Position numbers and translations under genes: made by a program
In this document: positions 54,086-64,000 of the stretch, in pieces
Layout: each line of letters opens with the position of its first letter
Numbering within the stretch: position 1 is the stretch's first letter
The notes under the pieces: generated by a model
The model's input: the letters and a program-made list of their open reading frames with translations, nothing else
What the model was told of the DNA's origin: nothing
Database searches by the model: none
Assembly: GCA_024137785.1 (NCBI GenBank)
Contig: JAHRHZ010000267.1
Span: 14,335,454 to 14,399,453 of the forward strand
Length of the DNA: 64,000 nucleotides
Reading direction: 5' to 3'
Origin: Ginglymostoma cirratum
Taxonomy: Eukaryota

Positions 54086-56489
54086 GCATTTCCCTGTTAA
54101 TACAGATCATTAATTGCACAAACAAGCATCAATATGTGTCCCAGGGATGTTGCTAGGATACTTTTCTGATCCCACAAGTTTCAGGACTTCAAAGATGCAC
54201 AATGTAAATTGGTAGCTATTCGGTATATTACATCTAACTGTGCAGCTATTAATACACACAATCACTAAAATTCTGCCAGAATGTGGAGCTGTTGGAAGGT
54301 AAAAAATCTTAAATAAATTTCAAGGGTTAAGGATTTAAGTAGTTTGTCTAAGATCTGTCCAGCTGCATGTCACATGTTTTTGTTCCTTCTTAACACTTGA
54401 GGCCTTTTCACTTCTATCACTGACGATGTACCCACTATACCATCAATTCCAAATATCTTGTCAAAAATGCCTAAGGGATTACAACATAGTACAACTCTAG
54501 TTTTGAAAGGCAGTATCCCTCACTGCAATGACAATTCTGTTTCTCAATCCTCTTAACATGCTGAAAATTAGTGTCTGAATTTAGAAACAACTCATGCTCT
54601 GGCTTCAGTCTCACCGGACACTGAGGCTGAGACATTATGCACTCTACTCACTTGTGACCTCAGAGTTACAATTCACAGAGGACACCTTCATCTCTGTTCC
54701 TCTGAACTGATTTCTGACTTGGGTCTCTCGAGGTTAAGGGAATAAATTAGCTTAGCACTTTAGCCAGCTGTATCACTTAAGCTCCCTAGTGAACTTGTTT
54801 TTAGCTTATTTTGTTCTATACCAATGCCACATAATGTGGATTCTTCCAGTTGAAGAACATCATATTAAAATACTATTAAATGGATTGTTCTCAGGATCAG
54901 TCACTTGTGTCATTCATGGGAAACACTTAAATGAAACAAGAAATTGGGTCATTATTGTACTTTATCTTAAGGAATAATGCAGGAGAGATTTTGTATAATG
55001 TTATGTAACCTGCAGCAACATAAATGCTTACACAAGTACATTTCAAATGCAATCAGAATAAAAGGATGCACTGCTAACATATTGTAACTGGAAAATTGAT
55101 CCCAGCCCCGAATGATGCTTTGTCTCCAATATTTTTTAGCTTTTATCCCAAATGTGAGCTTGGCCAGTTACAAAGACACTCACTTTTGAATGGAGGATAT
55201 TGTGATCAAATCCATTTTGGAACACCTGAATTAACATCAAACTCCAACTACAATGATAGGGACGTGCTTTATTTCAAATAGGATGTTAAATGATATCTCC
55301 TAATTACAAAGATCCAAAGGCACACATTGTGGAGTGTATAAAATTGTACTGTTGGAAAGCCAGATGTTCCATCACAAAAAAAACCTTTTTGGGTTTAGAT
55401 GTGAATGAAAGGTGTTAAATCACGGTGCTCCAATGTCATGGCTAAAACGAAGGAATGAATTTAAATTGTATTCTAAGGCATAGACATTCTGGTCATGATA
55501 AATTATGGATGCAATGACTTCATACAGTTCATTGAGGTCGTGAAACCGCACTCCAGTTAAACTGCCCTTGAACGTGGCACCAATTTCCATTCGTAATGCT
55601 TTGAGTAGCCATTAAGTTGTTGGACTTTTCATCTGAAGTCAAGGTTAATATGGAATTATGTTCTGAGGTCCAACTGAAACTTTTCATTGAAAAAAAAAGG
55701 ACAAAGGTTGTACCACGCTCAGACTTGCTCATACAAATTCTCTTTGATGTGTTTCAAGCACTTAATGGAAGCTAAAAAGAGGTCAAATTATTCACTACAG
55801 TTTTTACTGCCCTTATGGATGCTTGGTAATGTCACAAAAAAGAGGTACCACTCAATCAGATTTATATCAACGGTGTTGGTCCAAAGGAGCTGTCAGAAGA
55901 GAGTTATTTCAGCTGTACTCCTATACTTCTTGGCATCTGCTCACTGCCTGTGTTCAAGATGAATAATGACTTACTTTGAGACTCTCTAATTCCAAGCATC
56001 AATAATTAACCAGGAAGAGTGTTCTGCTAATACTATTGTATGAGGCAACACTTCTCCTTACTTAGCACGTCTTCAAAACAACCCAAATACGAGAATACAT
56101 GAGACTAAGTACAGACATAAATCCTTTTAAGTAGGATTGAACGTTGGTCAAGTTAGATTGCCAATATGTACTTCGCTGACACAAAGTTAGAACATAGAGT
56201 CTATAAGAAATAAATCAATCAAATAGTCAAAAATTACTTCATCTAAATTTAATCGTCAAGTCCCAGAAAAGTACCTGAGCCTGGTCTTGGACAGGGACGC
56301 TACTCAGTAAACCACAAGATCTCGACATCCTTAACTGTCATTAAAGTATGGTCAAATTAAGAACTTGAGAGCCAACTTTTAATGTACAGTCAATAATTTG
56401 GAATAATATCCATGTGTTTATAGAAGCAGTTTATCTTAGTTTAATGCCGTGCAGATTTGCAATGCATAAACCATTTCTCATCCAGAAAA

Positions 56490-56750
56490 AGATGATGCTT
56501 ACTTTACAGTTAAAGGTTAAACATGGAGGTCTTTGGTCCCATCTGGAATCTCATTGACACATTGCCCCTCAACAACTTCATCCACAACCACAGTGTCATG
56601 CTCTGAATGTACATTAAGGCATGCAGATTCAGCTCACCTCCATCTCTCTCAACCCTTCCACCAACCCTAATTTGTCACAGTCCTTTTCTGACATTTTGTA
56701 CTGGATGAACAAAGATACTATCCAATTGAGTATAGATGCCTGAAGCCTTA
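56490..56750 (+). mobile_element. L2 LINE RT relic
   Basis: Decayed YADD region followed by TTTTCTGACATTTTGTACTGGATGAAC...CAATTGAGTATAG; similar to 63800-64000. Confidence 0.4.
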
Positions 56751-57499
56751 ATGAGGGGCAGCATTTGTTGTCAAATTAGCAACGAGTTCAATGGCACACA
56801 TTGATATCAATGTGCAAATAGTACAGCAACTTTGGCAAAGGATAACTGTGCAGCAAAACTCAAAACGCATGAATTTCCAGTCAGATTTGCACCATTCTAC
56901 TGTTAGATTCACAAAAACAGTGCTTCATCATCTGCGGTAAAATGGAAACACATTGAAAGGCATGTAATTCCACCATTTGTGAAGTAGGGACAATTGAAAT
57001 TCCCACAAAAAAGTTAACTTCATTCCAGTTCAAACCTAAGTACCCCTTTAATGGCATGAGAACAATTATTCACTGCCAACTAATCTCTCTGGTACTGTAG
57101 ATTACCTGTTCTAAGTATGGAGCCTCATTCCTTCAGCTTTAACTTGTGAAGATGTAAAATAAATTGTGTGAAATCTTAGAGGTCTGAACAACACGGGCTA
57201 TGGAGAGATGAGTAAAAGACCCAGGTGAGAAGTCTAGTTATGCCTACCTTGATGTCAAGAGAAACTTACTGCATGTTTTAGGCATTTGCTGAGTGGCAAG
57301 GTAAGTTTCTCTCTAGCCAATTAAGGGGAATTATAGCTTGTTAAACACTTGCTAAGTGTATAACTCACCGCTTTTGATTAGCAAACATGTCAATAAAGCT
57401 AGACATCAACAATTCTTGACACGGAAGTTAATGTGGGTAGCTGGTGACTTCAAGTCACCAGTTCCTGCAAAGGACCACCATATTGGACACTGAGAACCA

Positions 57500-57945
57500 A
57501 CACAGAATCTTTGAATCTCTACAGTGTGGAAAGGAGCCATTCAGCCCATTGAGTCCAATCAGCCCATCGAGTCTGCACCAACACTCCCAACAGCACCCCA
57601 CCCAGAACAAAAACAGAAGTAGCTGGAAAAGCTCAGCAGACCTGGCAGTGTCTGTGAAGGAAAAATAAGAGTTAACATTTCAGGTCCAGTGACCCTTCCT
57701 CAGAACCTCTGTTCACAAATGCTGCCAGACCTGTTGAGCTTTTCCAGTTTTTCTGCTTTTGTTCCTGATTTACAGCATCCCTAGTTCTTTTGGATATTAT
57801 TTAGCACCCTACCCAGACCCAACCTGCTACGCTATCCCTGTAACTCCGTATTTAGCATGGTTAATCCACCTAGCCTGCACATCCCTGGATACTATGGACA
57901 ATTTAGCATGGCCAATCCACCTAACCTGCACATCTTAGACACTCT
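57500..57945 (-). mobile_element. HE1-type V-SINE 3' part, interrupted by a Penelope-type element
   Basis: Matches 32605-32810 on both sides of 57607-57802. Confidence 0.85.
57607..57802. mobile_element. Fully assembled inverted-repeat Penelope-type element (second subfamily) with a minus-strand hammerhead
   Basis: Arms 57607-57652 and ~57712-57765 are imperfect reverse complements. Minus 57706-57671 reads GUU-CUGAGGA-A-GGGUC-ACUG-GACCU-GAAA-UG-UU-AAC. TSD AGCACCC(C/T)ACCCAGA at 57592-57606 and 57803-57817. Confidence 0.85.
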
Positions 57946-58689
57946 CCTTGGATACAAGCCACACGCACCACACATCCATGGACATTGGCATTTGACATTC
58001 AGCAGCCTCTAAGAGCTCTGATGACACATCTTCAATGAACTTATGGTGCACTTCTGCTCTTCAACACTTTGGGCTGCACCTACAAATATCATTGTATTGC
58101 CACTGCAAGGACACTGTGTGCTCAGGGACAGCCATTCAATTGATGGACTGCCTCTCAGGGCTGTTCAGTTGTTATTATAGCACTTACTTACTTTGAAACT
58201 ACCTGGATGCTCACAGCATCCTAACCTTACATTGACATGCCTTGCATTTTTGTGTTTTGAACCCCTCAGCCAGAGATACCAGGCTCATATTTCTCCTGTA
58301 TTGTTTAGCGCAGACACAAAGCTAGGGAGCTTATTATGATTGCCAGCAAGCTACAGTCAAGTCAAGAAGCGAGCTTTTGTTCAGGGACAGTCGGCACTGT
58401 GAGTCAAGGGTAGCCTCCAATAGCAGCCCTTGGGCTTGGACTTGGTCACAATGCCACTCGGGGCAGTCTGATACAAGATCTTCTTCTTAAAAGGGGTAAA
58501 TGCCCGAATGTTGGGCAGCTCATCACCTGACTTGATTCTTTCTGCCCAAATGGAGCCTATTTTCCTCCTGAAATCAGAGAAAAACAGGCATTAAGAGTAA
58601 TGAAAGTGGATAGTACTGCTGTTACTTTTAGTAAAGATGGGGATGTGTCCCAATTGAGCAGGCAGCACAGAAAGGATTCCAGGGTTAGA

Positions 58690-59070
58690 GCTTTTGGACA
58701 TTACGTTAGGTGGCAAGAATGGAAATGATAAAGCACGAAACTGGGTGGGAAGTAGGTACAGGTACAGTAGCAGTCATAGAGCGAGTGTGAGGAATTGGAG
58801 AGAAGTTGTTCGTACTTAAGCTGTCAGAGTGAAAAAGGTCATTGATCTTCTTCCTACATTGCTGCATTCCTCTAGGCTGAGACTCCAGTGGCCCAGGTGC
58901 CAACTTCAAACTGGACTGCCATAGTCTGGTCTTATGGCTGTCACTAGCCGGAGGAAGATGAAGTCCTGCCTGTGCAACACCCCATTCAGCAGGACCTCCA
59001 GGTCCCTGGCCAAAAAAAGAGTGTATTAATTTCCCCTTGTCGTGCCATTTCAGGGGAAATATCAGGCAGC
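58690..59070 (-). mobile_element. PIF/Harbinger-type transposon relic (Myb/SANT-like ORF)
   Basis: RGMQQCRKKINDLF matches the QC.KKW.DL helix of Harbinger-associated Myb/SANT domains. Confidence 0.6.
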
Positions 59071-59916
59071 TTGAAGCACAGCTCCAGGCTGACTGTGCTT
59101 GTCCAGATGCACAACAAGCTTTTTAAAGGTGACCCTGGCATCAAGGATGCCAGTCAATTCCAGGATTTTTGATAAGTGGCATGTTGTTCAGGAAACATTG
59201 CTTGGCAGGATGGGAGTAGAATTGGACAAAAGAGACACCAGGGTGCAGGGTAATTATTTGATAATGCAGCATTGATAAAGACAAGATGGGAAAAGCCTCT
59301 CAGCCTTGTGGCAAAATATCCTCCAAAAACCTTGACACAACTCAAATGTAGCCAAAAACAAAGATTTGGCCAGTTATATTTAAACTTTTCATTTATTCTT
59401 TCCACCTTTGTTTTCGCTAACTGTAACTGTTTTGACATTGAATTCACTTACTCTAATTTCCAATTACTTCTCAATTCTTGCTGTTAAATTTGCAATCTTC
59501 TGATCTAATTGTTAAAGACATACACATGAAACAGGCCAGTTCACTCACATGATCATCTAAGTGCCTGCTTTCCCTTCGCTGTGAGGTTATCAATTCACAA
59601 TGACCTCACAGAAAAAAATTATGGAGTCTAATTGTTTACAATCAATTATGAAGCTTAATTCATGGCAGGTGTTGTTCAATTGCATGTCTTAGTAAGTGAC
59701 AGCTCATTGTCTTCGGTCCTCACTACAAACTGAATTCCCAATCCTGCCAATTGCCTGACCTGGCCAATGTCTGAGACTGAACCAGACTGTTAACTGCGGT
59801 TAAAATTGTATCAGAGATAAAAGGTACTGCAGATGCTGGAGAATCTGAGATAACAAGCATGGGGCTGGATGAACACAGCAGGTCAAGCAGCATCATAGGA
59901 GCAGGAAAACTCAACG

Positions 59917-60316
59917 NNNNNNNNNNNNNNNNNNNNNNNNNNNNNNNNNNNNNNNNNNNNNNNNNNNNNNNNNNNNNNNNNNNNNNNNNNNNNNNNNNNN
60001 NNNNNNNNNNNNNNNNNNNNNNNNNNNNNNNNNNNNNNNNNNNNNNNNNNNNNNNNNNNNNNNNNNNNNNNNNNNNNNNNNNNNNNNNNNNNNNNNNNNN
60101 NNNNNNNNNNNNNNNNNNNNNNNNNNNNNNNNNNNNNNNNNNNNNNNNNNNNNNNNNNNNNNNNNNNNNNNNNNNNNNNNNNNNNNNNNNNNNNNNNNNN
60201 NNNNNNNNNNNNNNNNNNNNNNNNNNNNNNNNNNNNNNNNNNNNNNNNNNNNNNNNNNNNNNNNNNNNNNNNNNNNNNNNNNNNNNNNNNNNNNNNNNNN
60301 NNNNNNNNNNNNNNNN
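59917..60316. other. Assembly gap (400 N)
   Basis: Run of exactly 400 N. Confidence 0.99.
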
Positions 60317-60332
60317 CTCTTCCCCTCCCCCC

Positions 60333-60366
60333 TTTCTGATGAAGGGTTTAGGCCCGAAACGTTGAG
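60333..60366 (+). ncRNA. Minimal type I hammerhead ribozyme (Penelope-associated)
   Basis: CUGAUGA (60336-42), A, stem II GGGU/GCCC with a UUAG loop, GAAA (60356-59), self-complementary AACGUU (60358-63), GUU triplet, short stem I UUU/GAG. Confidence 0.75.
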
Positions 60367-60429
60367 TTTTCCTGCTCCTATGATGCTGCTTGACCTGCTG
60401 TGTTCATCCAGCCCCATGCTTGTTATCTC

Positions 60430-61090
60430 TGTTGACTGTGGTGTCTATTTGATTCTAAACTGCCATTGTCCTCCCCAACTTCAAGACAGTAAACATCCAC
60501 TTCTGTAAAAGTGCCTATTTCAGCCCATCTGATGCTGAAATTCTCTTTCCTGGTTTTGCTGTCTCTAAACTCGACTGCGTTAATTATTTTCTGACTAGCA
60601 TCGCACATTCCACCTTACAAAACTTCAGTTCATCATTCTGCTACCTGTATTCTAGTCCCTGTTCCCCAGCACCCTTGTATGCTCTGACATACATTATTGC
60701 TTGGTCCAGCATCATTTCAATTTTAAAATGATTATTCTTATGCTCAAGTTGTGTCCTGGCCTAACCTTTCCATATCTCTGTTATCTCTGTCAGCCCAATA
60801 TCTGAGATCCCTAACTCTTGCAATTTTGGGTCTAGAATATCCCTGATTGTTACTGTCCCTTTGGGTATGACAATGCCTTCAACTATTTAAACCTTAATTT
60901 TTGAAATTCTCTCCCCATATCATTCACGTGCTCTCTTTGCCCTTTTAAGGTGTTCTTTAAAATCAATGCCTTTGGCCGAACTTTTGGTAATTTGTCCCAA
61001 AATCTCTTTGCATGATATATTGTCAAATCTTGTTTGATCATGCTCCTTTGAAATGCTTTTGTTAAACATGCTATATTGTTGCCTGGCAAC
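60430..61090 (+). mobile_element. L2 LINE 3' fragment
   Basis: DAEILFPGFAVSKLDCVNYFLTSIAHSTLQNF (SRLDYCN motif), then an L2-like 3' UTR ending ...GCTATATTGTTG. Confidence 0.7.
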
Positions 61091-62967
61091 AATTGATACG
61101 ATGTGAATTGCAGCTTATGAGTATTTAACTGTTACAATGCAATTGGAGAATTACCTCATTTTACGTGGATAAAGATCTATGAAAAATGTTCTCAATATTT
61201 ATTAAATGAGAAAGCCACAAAAGAAATATGCTTCAAATATATCTGACCAGAGGAATGAGTTTCTTCCCAGTGATCAGTGAAGCTGTTCTTTTATAAGTGT
61301 ACAATTTCTTGTCTACATTTTGTGCAGATTTGTCGATGTTAAAGAATTAACAGAAAAGCATGCTGTGCAACAAAAGGTAATTTGTTGAGAAAGTGCTATT
61401 TATATTTGGAACAGTAGCACAATTTAAGACCTTGTACTTCTCACACAGATATTTAAGAGATTTCCATTATTCTGAATAGCAATTCAATGCTACTTGGGGC
61501 ATTTTGGGTGGGAAAGGGTCGAACAATTTAGTTATGCAATTCTAAAATCTTGTAGCTAATGAATAATATGGAATTAAATTGGCCTGTTTTGATGAATAAC
61601 CGATTAGCATTTTGAAAAGTGAAAGGCCATTAATCTACTATTTATGTGTGTGGACTACAAATTTCCACATTTGGATGAAATGACCTATTACCATGTCACT
61701 GTCAGGCGCCAAGGATAAAATAAATTAATAACACTAAAAAACTAACTGTGTTGGGACCAATCAATCCAATTAGCATTTACTGCATGATTTTACATTAAAT
61801 CATACTCTTTTTAAAATGAGAGTCCAAGTACCTATTTAAGCAAATTCATACTACTTCAAATTAGATTGATATTAATAAGTTAATTTGTGTAGAACAATCC
61901 ATCAGCAAATCAAATCCACATTAAGCTTACATTTTCACTTTAGATCAAGGTAGGATTGACTGAATTGGTTTATGTAAGTGTCAAGTAAACCATAAAAACT
62001 TATTGCAAACAATAGAGAACCGTAAAAAGAAAATTGTGTCCAATATGGTTATTCAAAGCAGCACAGTCCCACTTTGAGTGTTAAATATCTTTATAGTATT
62101 TCACCATTAAAGGGAAATAAACTCTTCAATATTTGTGTTGGAAAATTAAAACTTTTAAACTGCAGCTTCAAAATTCAATTCCTCCTTGAAAATCATCGTG
62201 ATTTGAAAAGAAAGTAAAATTTATTGTTACTAAAAACATGAAAAGTATTTTCATTCCGAATTTAACTTTAATCATCATAAACCACATGGTTACCCTTTCC
62301 TCTTAACATGTATTTGTGTAGCGCAAACATTTAGAAACATAAATTTTTACTCCCAGCATTCATGGTAATATTTATTTGGAAGCTTTTACAACCTAAAAGC
62401 ACAAATTTAGTTCAAAAACATCCGCTTTATTAACATGGAGTTAAAAAGTACAGATGTTAACTATTACGACAAGACAACTCCCTCACTAGATACCATGAAG
62501 AAAAGCCATGGTAATCAGAATCAGTTAGTCAAAAGAAGAATGCATGACTGATCAAGCCTGTTTGCATTAAATATCAAAAAGATCTGCAACTGGCCTAAAT
62601 AGTGAGTCTAATCACTGATAAATGTAGACTCATTATTGAAGTTGCAAAGATTCTGTATTAACCAAAATAAATATGCTCCAAGTTACTGAAGTTTACTTAC
62701 TATAAAAGCTGAAGCTGTAAAGGCTTGTTTTTCCCTTCCTGTTGTGGGAATTGGAACTGTTAAATATGTTACCATTGTCAATTAACAAATGCATAGCTAC
62801 GTGTGGTTACATTAACCCTTTTGGAGATAAGGCTTGTTTCAAGATTAAAATGTCGCTTGAATATCAATCTTGATATTACTTGACTTGTACTCAGCTGCTT
62901 TTATCTCCGAATGTCAAATATCGGCTAGATTCAACATATGTGTCAGGCTGTCTTTTTTTGTTTAAAA

Positions 62968-63215
62968 GCAGCTCAGTGGCTCAGCTATCTCACAGCACCA
63001 GGGTCCCAGGTTCAATCCCAGCCTCAGGTGACTGTGTGGAGTTTGCATGTTTTCCCTGTGTCTGCACCAGTTTCCTCCCACAGTCCAAAGGTGTGCAGGC
63101 AAAGTGGATTAGCCATGGGAAATGTGGGATTACAGGAATACAGTAGGGGGGTGAATCTGGGTGGGATGCTCTTCAGAGAGTTGGTATGGCTTGTTTCCAC
63201 AATGTAGGGATTCTA
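62968..63215 (+). mobile_element. HE1-type V-SINE
   Basis: GTGGCTCAG A-box, GGTTCAATCCC B-box, V-domain TGTGTGGAGTTTGCATGTTTTCCCTGTGTCTGC. Confidence 0.88.
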
Positions 63216-63649
63216 AGAAGCTTTCCAAACTGTCCTGCAAATGTATGAAATCAATCATTTGCATCAAGCTACAAAAAAGAAACATGTCAAGATGTAACAT
63301 AGTGTTGCCTATTAATTTATTGTCCACTGGAACAGTTGGCACCTGACAATACTTTGTCTGTTGTAAATATCTTCTGTCCTAATGGCAAGAAACGTCTCTA
63401 TAAAGCCTGGCAATCCAATGGAAGTATAAAACACTTGCAGTGCTTGCCTGGTTGGTTAATAAAGAGGTCTTTTGGATGAATTTGCCTTTTAAATGAACCA
63501 TGGGTATAAGAAATTATAACAATCAGCTTTATTTTAACATTTAGATTGCCAGAAAAATACCTATTTTATCATTTGTCTTTCTATTATTGATTTGGCTTAT
63601 AATATTGTGGATTGTTTCCATGTCACAATTTAAGACAATGAAGATCTCA

Positions 63650-64000
63650 AATGTCAGGAAGGGTTGTGTAATTGTCATGTTCACATCTATACATTGTCCA
63701 GAGAATCACTTATAATGGTCCCCCTTCCTGCTCCCCCACCTAATACCATCTGATGTTTCCCAAGGATTTATTCTTGCCTTGTTCTGTTTCTCATCTACAT
63801 ACTGCCCATTAGCAACATCTTTCGAAAGCGCAGCGTTATTTTCACATGTATCCTGACAATAGTCATCTTTACCTCAGCACCATCTGTCTCAGGTACTTCA
63901 CAATGGCTAAATTGGTAAACTAACCATTTAACCCACGACAGGCAATGGATGTTATGAAATTTTGTCCAATTAAATACTGGAAAGACTGAAGGCATTATTT
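63650..64000 (+). mobile_element. L2 LINE RT fragment (runs off the window)
   Basis: DVSQGFIL..LFLIYILPISNIFRK..FHMYPDNSHLY (YADD)...QLNTGKTEGII. Confidence 0.8.

Larger units (their letters stand above)
59801..60428 (-). mobile_element. Young Penelope-like element with inverted-repeat arms, centre hidden by a 400-N gap
   Basis: The left arm (59846-59916) is the perfect reverse complement of the right arm (60360-60430). Imperfect TSD CTGTT(A/G)ACTG(C/T)GGT at 59787-59800 and 60429-60442. Confidence 0.85.

Noticed and set aside
59859-60417. Two 168-aa ORFs on opposite strands with the same N-terminus (MGLDEHSRSSSII...)
   Set aside because: Caused by the inverted repeat plus the N run. No evidence of a protein.
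62968-63030. A/B boxes suggesting a tRNA gene
   Set aside because: Head of an HE1 SINE; no cloverleaf.
1-64000. CRISPR array, operon or other prokaryotic system
   Set aside because: No regularly spaced repeats and no gene-dense coding. The repeat content is that of a vertebrate.

Overview
Eukaryotic, AT-rich, repeat-dense DNA. The repeat set (HE1-type V-SINEs, a DeuSINE, CR1, L2 and RTE LINEs, Penelope-derived elements) points to a cartilaginous fish, probably a shark (inference). I found no intact host protein-coding gene, tRNA or rRNA gene; every interpretable ORF in the track is a decayed transposon fragment. The window looks like a gene desert or large intron: nested TE relics alternate with TE-free islands rich in homeodomain, Sox and E-box motifs (candidate conserved non-coding enhancers). 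The most notable signal is a family of short Penelope-like retroelements carrying a minimal hammerhead ribozyme (CUGAnGA-A-stem II-GAAA-CG-UH). There are six copies with 9-15 bp target-site duplications. Three have an inverted-repeat architecture, and the two youngest bracket the two 400-N assembly gaps exactly. A decayed Ty1/copia element resembling the GalEa clade is also present. Boundaries of old repeats are approximate and were read by eye.
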